From Naegleria gruberi (Eukaryota), in NCBI GenBank assembly GCA_000004985.1, contig GG738877.1: a stretch of 64,000 nucleotides of DNA; one strand, given 5' to 3'. Position 1 is the first letter of the stretch. Each line of letters opens with the position of its first letter. The notes beneath the pieces are model-generated. The model worked only from the letters and a program-made list of their open reading frames with translations, made no database searches and was not told the DNA's origin. Below, in pieces: positions 45,528 through 56,643 of this stretch. A program made the position numbers and the translations under genes.

Positions 45528-46889
45528 ATGGTTTCTGATAGTGAAGACGAATCATACAATGACGATTTTTTCTTTGATGATTCATTCATGAATGAAGAAG
45601 CAGAAGAAGAAACAATAATTAATAATAGCGAAGAAACAATCATTAACAGCGAAGAATTAATTTCCCTATTGTTCTACACTAAACATAATTTACCTACTTC
45701 TCGTAGTGGTTCCTTGCTGTTGGGATCAGAGAATGTCATGACACATTCGACAATATTATTCACGTATGGAGGTTAGTTTCGAATATTATTTTTCTCCAAA
45801 AAGAGAAATTAATTGGAAATTCTAGGAGAGCATATTCCAAGTAGAATTGAAAATGAGAATATTTACATTTTGAAATTATCAAATCTGATCAATCAATTAT
45901 CTATTTCATCATTAAATTATGAAACTAATCGAGTGGAATTAATTTGGGAGGAAATAATTCCAAATAGTGAAAAAAAACCAATTGGAAGAAAACATCCATG
46001 TCTTTCCTATGATAAATCTAATCAATTAGTTTACTTATTTGGTGGATATGAGAATGGAAATTATTTGAATGACTTGTGGGTATTTGAATTGAAAAGTAAA
46101 AAATGGTCAATGATTGAAACATTTGGAGAAATTCCAGTGGGAAGATGTGGAGGTGTTGCCAAGTTTTATTCGAATGGAATGTTTTATGTGTTTGGAGGGT
46201 ATAATCATAAGGAAAGAACGAACGCCCTTTTTGAACTGGATCTCAAGACAAGAGAATGGAAACAAGTGAATTATTCAGAAACAATTCCAATCATGACACC
46301 AATTAGTGAACTTTCGTATATTTCAGATAACGTACTCACAGTATTGAAAGTGGATATTTTACAAGCAAATATGTTTAAATTTAGTTTCAATACTAGACAG
46401 TGGATTATCAAAAGATATAGACAATTTCCTACTTCAGATACAATATGCTTGTGCTGGAGAGAATCTCAAAAATCCAGCAACGTTGGAGAAAGTGTCTTTG
46501 CACTATTTCAGGAATCTGGAATTTTTGATAGCAAAAAGGATAAATTTGTGCAAGGTACTGTACAAGTTATAGTTGAGTTTGATGGAGAGAAGGATAAACT
46601 CATTCTTCATAAGCTCCCGAAACGACTTGTTGAGAAACCATTTGAGGGGACATTTATGTTTGAACTCAATATGTTGTGTTGGGTCTGGATGGATCATTAT
46701 ATTACAGTACAACCAGTGAGAAGACCATTAAGAAGGTTGACAAACAAGGTGCAATTTCGATCATTGTTTGTGCTTGGTCCTGACGAATTGTGCTTGTTAA
46801 GAGTGAGAGGTAAATCGAAAACTGAATATTTCTTTAATAATTTGAAAGGAAGTACGAAATTTTCAGATTTACTAATCAAAGTTCAATAA
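45528..46889 (+). CDS. Kelch-repeat protein with an acidic N-terminus and a C-terminal extension; 2 exons (45528-45772, 45826-46889)
   Basis: 53-nt intron gttagt..attctag joins LFTYGG to EHIPSRIEN. Kelch motifs LVYLFGGYENGNYLNDLWVFEL, MFYVFGGYNHKERTNALFELDL. Confidence 0.65.
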
Positions 46890-46983
46890 TTTTCATACAT
46901 TTTGAAAATCGTTAGTGTTATTTCAAACTGTTGTTGTTAATTTCCCTAAGCAGGAAATTTGGGCTTGGATATTGGAAATATCT

Positions 46984-47001
46984 ATCATCATCATCATCAT
47001 C
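46984..47001 (+). repeat. (ATC)6 microsatellite
   Basis: atcatcatcatcatcatc, in the intergenic region. Confidence 0.8.
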
Positions 47002-47043
47002 GAATAGACAGTCCTGTTTTAATCCGTGTAACAATTGAGAGTT

Positions 47044-47748
47044 TTATTGATTTGGAGCAGTATAGGCCACATAGCTAACAGTTGATGTTTTATCCACAGT
47101 ATCCACAACAGTTGATGCAGAAGCATTCGATTCAATAGTTGAACTAACATTCCTCAGAGGTGCTCCTGTGCCATCAAACAGTGCACCATTAGCACTCTTC
47201 AGAAATGAAAGTGATCCAATCAATGAAATAATCCAAACCACACCCAAAATCAAAGCAAATATAAATGCAAAGGTTGGATCCAAATAGGTGAACGTGTTAA
47301 CCATTGTTGTGGTCACGCTCGTTGTGCTGGACATGATGGATTTCAACTTGTAGGGCAGAACTGTCTGATAGAATTCCCATAACGAAAATTCGATGGCGCC
47401 CTGAGTGGAAACAATGAATAAAATTGTTGGAATTAGGAAGAGTGTGCAACCAGAGTGGAGAAAGGAAGTTGTCTTTGCCTTGTCTTTGAGAGAGGCAATT
47501 TCAAAACCAACTAACAAGCCGAAAGTGCCTAAAATTATTAGAAACATATCGGCGAGTACTAGAAATACATTGTGGGTGGCATAAACTGCCATTGCATATG
47601 CGTACCATGGATAGAGTGTGGCCAAATGGTAGACGATCATTAGTAACCCTATTAATATTTGGAAAATACTCGAAACTTTGAGGACAAGCATTTCGACTCT
47701 CTTTTTTAGTATTGGAAACTCGATAGTGTGCTGGTTGAAGAGAAGCAC
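47044..47748 (-). CDS. Four-TM membrane protein, one of a divergently transcribed paralog pair
   Basis: 234 aa. Shares FLVLADMFLIILGTFGLLVGF with FLLFSDMFLITVGFVGMLLF of the 47970 ORF, and helix 3-4 blocks are also shared. Confidence 0.5.
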   Translation of the reverse strand: MLLFNQHTIEFPILKKRVEMLVLKVSSIFQILIGLLMIVYHLATLYPWYAYAMAVYATHNVFLVLADMFLIILGTFGLLVGFEIASLKDKAKTTSFLHSGCTLFLIPTILFIVSTQGAIEFSLWEFYQTVLPYKLKSIMSSTTSVTTTMVNTFTYLDPTFAFIFALILGVVWIISLIGSLSFLKSANGALFDGTGAPLRNVSSTIESNASASTVVDTVDKTSTVSYVAYTAPNQ

Positions 47749-47969
47749 ATGGTCGGGAAAATGGAATGAAAATTAAAGTGGTTTGATGTTCTCAATGGTT
47801 GTTCGCTAATGTTGTTTTTTAAGCCGAAAGAATTCGAAATCAGTTCTAATAGAAGTTTTTTTTAGAGTTCGCCTTTCAGGTGTATTTCTTAGTGAGTATT
47901 GTCCCCAACTGAGTCCTTTTCGACATGATTCACCTGTAACTGCTTATTAGAAACAGTAACACTAAAAAA
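47749..47969. promoter_or_regulatory. Putative bidirectional promoter between the head-to-head 4-TM paralogs
   Basis: 221 bp separate the two start codons of oppositely oriented paralogs. Confidence 0.35.
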
Positions 47970-48485
47970 ATGGCCAATCTGCGTCCTCTATTCTTTGTTT
48001 CGAATGTTTTTCTCATACTGTTGGGTGTTTCATCTTTCTGTGCTCACTTTGCATTGATGATTTCTTGGTTTATGACAAACAGTTACTCTGGCCTCTATAA
48101 TGTGAGGACATACTCAATCTCGGATCTGTTTCTTCTCTTTTCTGATATGTTTCTAATAACTGTTGGCTTTGTAGGCATGCTCCTTTTTATTTCACCATCT
48201 TTCATGTCTGATTCGAAACTCAAAATCTTACAATACTTTCATTGCCTTGCCTCAATCTTTGGAGTATTCGGTGTGCTGTTCACCTTTCTAATAACTTGGA
48301 CCCATCAATTTGCTCTCTCTGTACTCTTCCAAGAGGTATTATACTCGGTGAGTGAGAGGGATATCATGTCCTTCCTCAATCCATCAGTGAATGCTTTGAT
48401 ATTTATATTGTTGGGTGTAGAATATTTGCTGTGCTCAATTTCTTCCTTCATTGTTTGTAAAGACAAGTATCCTAGCTTGTTTTAA
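47970..48485 (+). CDS. Four-TM membrane protein, paralog of 47044-47748
   Basis: 171 aa with four hydrophobic helices and an aaaaATG start. Confidence 0.5.
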   Translation: MANLRPLFFVSNVFLILLGVSSFCAHFALMISWFMTNSYSGLYNVRTYSISDLFLLFSDMFLITVGFVGMLLFISPSFMSDSKLKILQYFHCLASIFGVFGVLFTFLITWTHQFALSVLFQEVLYSVSERDIMSFLNPSVNALIFILLGVEYLLCSISSFIVCKDKYPSLF

Positions 48486-48631
48486 TCAGTCATTACTAAA
48501 TAAATTCAAATAACTAAGGAATAGGATCGTTAATAAAGGAAATTGATACAAAACAACCAAAAGCATAACTTTAGGTTAAAAGGAATATTATAATTTTTCT
48601 ATTTAATCTATTTTTGATTTTATTATTGAGA

Positions 48632-51600
48632 TTAATTTGTAGTGAGAGAGTCTGAAGATTCTGAAGGATTCAAACTACCACTGTCATATGATTTCCTAGC
48701 CAATCTTCTATTCTCTCTCCATTTGGCAAGAGTTTTGGCAAGATATCTGAATTTTTCAAGTACAAAGTTTTGAGAGGAAAAGTAAACCAATTTGAATAAA
48801 CTTGATGGTTTAACACAAACCATGGCAATGAATGCAAGAATTCTAAATAAGAAACCAAACGCCAACAAGACTAATGGATTAGTATCAATATTATCCCAAT
48901 TATATCCCATATTCTTCAAACTTGTATTCAAGTCATATAAATGTTTGTAGGATAGAATTTCATTGAGATAGATTGTTTCATGACTATATTTCAAATAGGA
49001 AACATCTGGGAAGTATTTGATTGGGAAATACATGTCCCTCAATGTTGGTAATGGTGTAGTCATACCACTGAAAATATTAATAATGAAAACAATCACTACT
49101 GTTGTCAATTGTGCATTACTTGGATTCACTAAAATACTCACTAAATATCCTAAACCAAATGAAACCCAATAATTCAATAATAAAGCATAATAATAATCCA
49201 ATACTGATGCAGTTGGTGCAACAGTTGTGTAGAAAATGGTCAAGAATACAAATGGAGCCAACAAGTTAATAAATAAATTAGAAATATCCTTTGCCCAATA
49301 ATAAGCAAAAGTTCCCAATCCAGATTGACTTTCACGATAGAACACCAAATATTCCTTTCCAAATACTTTCAATGCAGCCATACTTCCCATCAAAGCCATA
49401 GCCAGTGACATTAGTCCAGCAAATGAAGCAACTGGATCATCAATTGGTTGTTTACATACATCTGCTAATTCTCCTGGACATTGTGAATAGACATTCTTTG
49501 GTAATGGTCCAATGTAAACCTTATTATGGAATAGTAATGAAAGGAATGAAGCACAAATGAAAATCAATCCAAAATCTAGAGCTATACTTTGTAAACTTCT
49601 CAATTGTTGAACAAAACTTCTCTTTAAACACATTAAGAATTGCATTATATAATTCAATTGAGGATCTTCATAGACAGCCTTATTATTTCTCTTTGGAATT
49701 TGATATCCGAAACCTCCATCTAAAATGGATGTACTCCGTCTCTTACTATTATCATATTTCTGCTTGTGCTCTTCCCAATGTGAAGGTAACTCTTTAGGAT
49801 CAATATTATTCTCTAACCCAGCTGAAATATCCATCAAATAATCAGCAAAATTAATTCCCTCAGATTTTTCACATTTAAATTCCTCTTTGAAATATTCCTC
49901 AACTCTATTCACAGGTCCTAAATATATTGTTCTTCCTCCCTTTCCAAGAAGTAATAAATTATCGAACATTTTAAATATTTCATATCTAGGTTGATGGATG
50001 ACAGTGATAACATTAATACCAGTTGAGGCAATGGTTTGTAAAACTTCACAAACTTCCTTAGAGCTTGCACTATCCAATCCAGATGTAGGTTCGTCCAACA
50101 ACAATACTACAGGTGATGCAACTAACTCCATTCCAACATTAACCCTCTTTCTTTGACCTCCTGAAATACCACGATTTTCCTGATCTCCAATAATGGAGTG
50201 TCTGATATCTTCCAATCTTAATACTTTCAAAACATCATTCACAATGGCTTCTATTTCTGCTTTACTCTTTCTTTTATCTAATCTAGTTCTAGCCGAAAAG
50301 TATAATGTTTCTTCAACAGTCTTTGTGAATTACCAATGTTAATTGTCAATTTTTATATCAAATAAACTTACCATGGTTGTTAACATGATATCTTCTTGTG
50401 GCACGAAACCTATTCTTCTATTATATTTAGATAATGGTTCTTCTACACCATTTATATAAATACTACCAACAGTAGTTCCATAATAAGCTCTATTAGCGAG
50501 TGTTGTAATGAATGTACTTTTACCACAACCTGATAAGCCCATTACCTATAAATATACCAAAATAAGTTGTTATCAGTTTCTAATAATAAATATTCGAAAC
50601 TTACAGCAGTCAGTTGACCATGTTCAATTTTACCAGTCACGCCATCAAGTACTTTCTTACCAGAACCTCTCAAAATTAAACCCAAATCTTTAAATTCAAT
50701 ATCAACAGTAAAATCATCGTTAATAAAACTTCTAGTGGCCATATGTGTGTCATTTCTCTTCTTTGCCTTTTTAAGCAAATATCCTGAATGATAAACCTTA
50801 TTCTTTAAAGATTTCAAATATAAAGCATGAAGGAATTTGTACGTAATTCCAATTGCAAATAGTGAAATAATAAATAACACAAATAAAACAATTCCTCCAG
50901 CTGTCATTGTATCAGCACTTGATCCTTCTGGACATTGAGACAAAAACCATGAACATGATCTTGGTACTATAGAACCAGGAGTACAATAATAACCTGATGG
51001 GCATATTATCTTTCGAGATGGATCTGGACAATAATGACCTTTTGGACATAGCTCATAAGTCATGGATCCATTTGGACAAAATTGTTGTGGATCACATTTG
51101 GCTACTGTGTGAGGTGTTTCACAATAGTTTCCAGCTGGACATGGTCTGATAGAATTGTTAACATCCTTTCTATTACAGTAGTATAAAAATACTTACTTAT
51201 TGTCAACTGTTCCAATAGGACAATAATCCATTGATTTGTTTGAAAATTTACATGGAATTGGTTCAATCACTGATGCATTTGGACAATAAGTATCAGCAGG
51301 ACATCTAATATCAGCATATTCATGTCTCTTGTCTATTATCCATAATTAGAATACATATCATTTCAAAAAAACATACCTTCTTCAAATGCAAATCTGCCCA
51401 AATTACAATAATCTCCATTTTTACATTCCTTCAAATCTCTATCACTGGTATAATATTTAATATTCATATAATAACTAGGCGGAGCTAAAATTGGTTCAGT
51501 TTGAGTTGTATTGCAATAAGCAGAGTTTGGACATTGCTGAACTCTTGACTGTCCTTCATTAAAACAAGTATAAGTTCCAGTTTTCGAATAACTGAAACAG

Positions 51601-53669
51601 GGGTTAGGTTTAACTCCATAATCACATATTAAACCACTTGGACATGGAACTTTCAATCCATGAATGCAATAACTCCCAGATGGACAACGTTGCATTAAGA
51701 ATCCTTTCGAATACAGTCCATCATTAATGTCAGATGTAATACTTCTCTTTTTGATATTATAACAACTAGTACCAGGATTACAAGTGTTGGCATAATAAAT
51801 AAATTTGTTATCATCAAATGAGGTTGGTGGATTTGCCTTACAAATATCTGAGAAGGGTTTAAGGAAAATATTATCAGGATCTTTTTCTAATTTTTTACAC
51901 ACTTCTACATAGCGATTATATGAGGAAATATCTAAAATACTACGACTGGTTGTCACTAACAAATGTTGGTTGTTCTCTGAATGGTCCAAATATAGTATTG
52001 GACTTGGAAATTTCAAATTGTTAATCTTTTTCAAATTGAAATAACCCGTTCCTCCATTATCTTGTACAAATGCTAATGAAATTATATCAATATTAGTATT
52101 CTTTGTAGTGATGAATAGAGATTCTTGCCAATAATTTTGAAAGAATGTATAAAGATCATCATTTTCTGTTGTTTTTGTAAATATTTCAGTTTCAGTTTCT
52201 ACATTGTAAATAAAGTAACCATTATCATCGTAGTATTTTTCACTATTTGCTGAATCGGACTGACCAATATCAGTAAATCTAACAGAAACACTTTCAATTG
52301 GACCTGAAACATCAATGGCCTTCTCATTGGCAATGTAACATTTTCCATATTTGTAATATTGAATTACCGTGCAAGGGAAATTATTATTTCTGGAAGCAGT
52401 ATTTGTAATTACTGAATTATTGGATGAATAATCAGCAAATTCAGCAACATGATGAACTAGTAATATGTTTTGATTCTCATATCCAATTGCAATATAAATA
52501 TTTTGAGAAGTTGGAAACGTATAATTTTGAAAATCAATAAATGGCTTTCTAATAGTTTCTGGTATTAAAGTAGCAAATGAAATTGTTTTTGAATAGCTCA
52601 TATAGAATGTATTCAACCGATCTTCCTTATTAAAGTCAATTGGTTCAGTAGAATTATTTTCACTAAATTCATAAACTCTCACCTGATGTGGGGAATATAA
52701 GGTAACTAACATTCTTCCTGATGAATATCCATTAGTTATGAATAATTCTTGATCTATTCTCATTGGTGAATCATTTTTAATATCAATCATTTGGGTTGAT
52801 AATTCAAATTTCAATTCGGAATTAGATTTCAATAACCATTCATAAGCTTGATATTTTGAAATTTCATTAAATTTTAAAATGTAATCTGATGGATTCTTTA
52901 CATTTCTATGCAATGTTACAATGTAATTCTTTAAATTCTTTACATTTCTATATAATTTGAATTGTTTCAATTCGAATCCATCAATTCTACTGGTAACCAT
53001 AAATAGTAAATTCTTGTCAAGAAAAACCTTTAAAGTGTAATTAATATCTATAATTGCAAATATGTTATCATTCTTAACCTGATTCCACGAATTTAATCCA
53101 TCAAAATGTGTAATATTTGGATCTTTCATTGATTTTAACAATGTGTAGATGCTTGCAGAACCAGTTGTTTGATCATTCGAGGTAACAGTTAAACCACCAT
53201 CTTGAAATGCTTTAACAATAGTTAATACTTTCGATTTGGATCCAGAAAATGTTTTAACACCAATCAATGCAACACATTCACTTCCTCTACATTGATAATT
53301 AACATCATAATTGAATAAAGAATCGATGGATGGTGACGATTCCAACTGAGAATAACTTGTGGAGAATACATTTGAAATTGGACACCAATTAGTTCCCAAT
53401 TTTTGTGATCGGAAACTGTAGGCACAAATATCCTTCAATGAAACTCCTCTAAATAATCCATTCACACCACTCATCATGTGATGTTGTCCAATAATTATTA
53501 TCATGCATAATAATAATACTTGATAACAATTTAAAATTGATGATGAAACAATTCTTTTTCTATTAATGGTATGGATAGCACTGTTGTTGTTGCTGCCGCT
53601 TAGGTAGCAGCATGTGAACTGCATGGTGGTACTGGTAAATTTTTTTTTAATATGATGTGTAAATGTCAA
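48632..53669 (-). CDS. ABCG-type (NBD-TMD) half-transporter fused to a roughly 950-aa N-terminal Cys-repeat ectodomain; 5 exons (51377-53669, 51197-51332, 50605-51145, 50371-50545, 48632-50319)
   Basis: N-terminal signal/anchor (VLLLCMIIIIG) and a long domain ending in CP.G.YC ephrin-receptor-like repeats that continue across two introns (CPSGSYC, CPSGLIC, CPNSAYC, CPADTYC, CPIGT, CPAGNYC, CPNGS, CPKGHYC, CPSGYYC). TM (GGIVLFVLFIISLFAIGI); ABC N-terminal region (GSGKKVLDGVTGKIEHGQLTA); Walker A VMGLSGCGKST; signature ISGGQRKRV; Walker B LLLDEPTSGLD; a 6-helix ABC2-type TMD. Introns of 44, 51 (a 27-nt alternative exists), 59 and 51 nt. Confidence 0.8.
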
Positions 53670-53896
53670 GTTTTATGTGTAATAATGTACTGGAAATTCG
53701 AGATGGAAAGTCTTTGGAAACAGATTAAATTGTGTTATTACATGGATATTAGAAGATTAATAGACGCTTCTTAGATTTATTAATGCTCTTAATAGTAATC
53801 AGATGTTATATGTATTTCAGCTCTAGATATGGATTTGGAGAAGCAGATGTGAAGCTTGTTTAAGTGTAGAATCAAAAAGAGAATGTAAAATGTTTG

Positions 53897-53908
53897 AAAA
53901 TAAAAAGG
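53897..53908 (-). terminator. Pol III terminator T-run downstream of the tRNA
   Basis: Minus strand reads CTTTTTATTTT immediately 3' of the tRNA. Confidence 0.6.
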
Positions 53909-53912
53909 AAAC

Positions 53913-53984
53913 GCCCACCGTGGGGGTCGAACCCACGACCACAAGGTTAAGAGCCTTGCGCTCTACCGACTGAGCTAGACGGGC
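53913..53984 (-). tRNA. tRNA-Lys, anticodon CUU
   Basis: GCCCGTCTAGCTCAGTCGGTAGAGCGCAAGGCTCTTAACCTTGTGGTCGTGGGTTCGACCCCCACGGTGGGCG. Cloverleaf with A-box TAGCTCAGTCGG, B-box GGTTCGACC, a CTCTTAA anticodon loop and a 7-bp acceptor stem with two G.U pairs. Nearly identical to animal tRNA-Lys-CTT. Confidence 0.95.
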
Positions 53985-54062
53985 TACACACAAATTATAT
54001 TTCTTCAAAAAAATAGACAACAATTTTAAGTTAAATCATTGTACGTTTTATTGGCTTAAAAC

Positions 54063-55178
54063 TTAAAAGAAAGGTAAGAAGCGTTCGTCACTGTTTTGCA
54101 TAAATTTAAACTTGTTAGTCCCAAAAGAACATTGAAGAAACCCATAAATAGTCAAATTCTTGAAAGATTCTAAATGCTCCTTCTTACAACCAAGTTCCAT
54201 TAGGTATTCATCACAATTTTCATCATCCATAAGGAGAGACTGAAGGGCTTCGAAACTGCCATAATTTGAAATGCAATTCACTTTTTTGAAATCATCAATA
54301 CTATTTGAGATAGTAGTAATACCATCAAAGCATGAAAAAGTTTCAACAGGATCATTAGTTTCGTAATCATGTTTGTAAGAAGATTCAATAGTGAGTGGAA
54401 ATCCTGAGCTAGTAAAAATAATGATTTTGAGTGTTGTACACATTTCACCATTTCTATCAAGTGTATCTCCCTCAAGGATGAAGAAATCTTTGATAGAACC
54501 TTCCAAAAATTTGGTGACCTTTCCATCTATAGGAATGGAATTTGGTACCAGTTCTCGTAATTTTTCTGAAAGAAATTGGCAACCACTCTTCAGATAATTA
54601 TTGAACTCTTTGTGCAATATATTGTCGACTTCAAATTTCATTAACAACCTTAGCCAATTTTTAAAATTCAAATCTGGCTCCATTCCTCTCTCATATTTCA
54701 GCCCTTCTGAAATTGAGTGTTTCGCTCCTTCAACACCATAATACATTGATAATATAGCAAACATTATCATTATTTCATTCACAGTTTTTGGTATTCTTTC
54801 AAGAATTGCAAAGTGTTTCTCCTTATATCTAGGTGGAAGCAAATAGTGTTCCACCTCATCTGATGATTCATCGGTATCATTCTCTCCATCTTCTTCAAGT
54901 GAATCGAATTCATCCTCAACATGTGAATTTTTAACCTCTTCTTGTTCTTCAATTTCCGATTCGTTAATATAATATAGGTCTTTTACAATCTCCTCCAAAG
55001 AATTAAACTCCTTTTCAGATAACCTTAAATTTCTAATAAGAAAAAACTTGGCAAATTTCTCAGAGTTAAAAACCTCCTTAAATGTTTTAGAAATCAAGTA
55101 AGGTCTCACTGTTGGCCACTCGTAAAAATCCAAATATTCCATCACATGATGACAAATAACAATATCAAAGATACTCAT
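54063..55178 (-). CDS. F-box-like family B protein, downstream member of a tandem pair
   Basis: MSIFDIVICHHVMEYLDFYEWPTVRPYLISKTFKEVF is F-box-like. Shares NEIMIMFAIL, KFLEGSIKDFFI, IIFTSSGFPL and C-terminal blocks with the 55262 ORF. Acidic insert present. Confidence 0.5.
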   Translation of the reverse strand: MSIFDIVICHHVMEYLDFYEWPTVRPYLISKTFKEVFNSEKFAKFFLIRNLRLSEKEFNSLEEIVKDLYYINESEIEEQEEVKNSHVEDEFDSLEEDGENDTDESSDEVEHYLLPPRYKEKHFAILERIPKTVNEIMIMFAILSMYYGVEGAKHSISEGLKYERGMEPDLNFKNWLRLLMKFEVDNILHKEFNNYLKSGCQFLSEKLRELVPNSIPIDGKVTKFLEGSIKDFFILEGDTLDRNGEMCTTLKIIIFTSSGFPLTIESSYKHDYETNDPVETFSCFDGITTISNSIDDFKKVNCISNYGSFEALQSLLMDDENCDEYLMELGCKKEHLESFKNLTIYGFLQCSFGTNKFKFMQNSDERFLPFF

Positions 55179-55261
55179 TTTTTTAAAACATTCAGTGGTA
55201 GGGGTATTTTTTTATTAAGGGAAATGATGTGAGAAAAGTCAAGGAATACGTACTAATGGTA

Positions 55262-56422
55262 TTAATCATATTCATCATCTTCACTCTCAGAATTAGCATC
55301 GGATAGATATTGTAATTCAACATCTTCAAGAGGATGAATGACCTTAATAGTTTCCTTGTGTTTTTCAAAACATGTTAATAATTCTTCTTCACCCTTAATC
55401 CCCTTCTCTTTGTATTCGCCTGCATAAAAGAATGGCAAGGAATAATAATGAAGACCTACAAGTTTAAATTGGTTCATAGCAAATGCACATTCCATAAATC
55501 CATAGATGACAAGGCTTCTAATGAAAGCTAAAGTGTTCCCTTCAAAACCAAGATTTATAAAGTGTTCATCAGGATTCTCCAAGAACAATAAAGATTCTAC
55601 AAGTGCCCAATGATCATGGTGGTTGTTATATATAATACTTCCATAATCAATTGTGGAATGTTGATATAATGGAACTCTGTACGAGAACATTACCTGATAA
55701 CTTTGTCTTTTAAACTCAAACATTACTTGAAGAACAAGTGGAAAACCACATGGTGTAAAGACAACTACTCTAATGTAATCGGGAGTGCCTCCACTTTTGT
55801 CAATAGCACTTGAAATAAGGAAAAGATCCTTGATGCTGTCTCCCAAAAATTTGGTGCTTTTGCCATTGACTGACTGTTTCACTGACAGTAGTTCCTCAAG
55901 TCTACTTGTCAGAAATTTACTTCCATTCTTCAAATAATGATGGAATTTTCCTACAAGGAAATTGTCCACTCTTAATCTGACCACTAATTTTTGACATTCT
56001 TTAAGAATATCTACTTGATCTGTTCCTCTTTTGAATGAATTATTAATCAGGTTATTAAGGCTAGACTTTGTTTTTTCAGTTCCATACACCAACCAAAGCC
56101 TCACATACATTATCATAATCTCATTCAAGGATTTAGGAACCTCATCAAGATAAGACAGTATTTCAATACCATTCTTCCTCCTGTATTCATTAATAAATTG
56201 AGAATATTTAAACCCGAAGTTAACCAAGTGTTCAAACTGTTTGGTTGTTATTTTTAAATAATTAAGAAGAAAAAACTTGGCAAATTCCTCTGATCGATAA
56301 ACTTTTAGAAAGGTTCTTGAAATAAGGAAGGGTCTTACCATCAGCCACTCTTTAAAATCGACAAACTTCATCACATGATGACAAATTAAGGGAGACAAGA
56401 AGATACTCATTTTTTTCTCCAC
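55262..56422 (-). CDS. F-box-like family B protein, upstream member of the tandem pair
   Basis: ICHHVMKFVDFKEWLMVRPFLISRTFLKVY. About 35% identity to the 54063 ORF, with 83 bp between the two. Confidence 0.5.
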   Translation of the reverse strand: MEKKMSIFLSPLICHHVMKFVDFKEWLMVRPFLISRTFLKVYRSEEFAKFFLLNYLKITTKQFEHLVNFGFKYSQFINEYRRKNGIEILSYLDEVPKSLNEIMIMYVRLWLVYGTEKTKSSLNNLINNSFKRGTDQVDILKECQKLVVRLRVDNFLVGKFHHYLKNGSKFLTSRLEELLSVKQSVNGKSTKFLGDSIKDLFLISSAIDKSGGTPDYIRVVVFTPCGFPLVLQVMFEFKRQSYQVMFSYRVPLYQHSTIDYGSIIYNNHHDHWALVESLLFLENPDEHFINLGFEGNTLAFIRSLVIYGFMECAFAMNQFKLVGLHYYSLPFFYAGEYKEKGIKGEEELLTCFEKHKETIKVIHPLEDVELQYLSDANSESEDDEYD

Positions 56423-56643
56423 GTAAAAATAGTAAGGTATGTGAATCCTCCAAAAAAAACTAATTTAAAATAAACAACAAAGCTTTCCACGTTTAATAGC
56501 ATGTTATTCTGCTCTCTGAGAAGTCTAAGAAAAAGATAATAGCCCACGAAATATTATCTATCACGATTTCTCACTGTATATACACTTGTCTGTGCAGTGA
56601 TTACAGTGGTTACAGTGGTAGCCACAAGACATTACCAATAAAA

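Noticed and set aside
53823-54023. 66-aa ORF overlapping the tRNA-Lys gene
   Set aside because: It contains the antisense/sense of a perfectly folded tRNA. The protein reading is a chance ORF.
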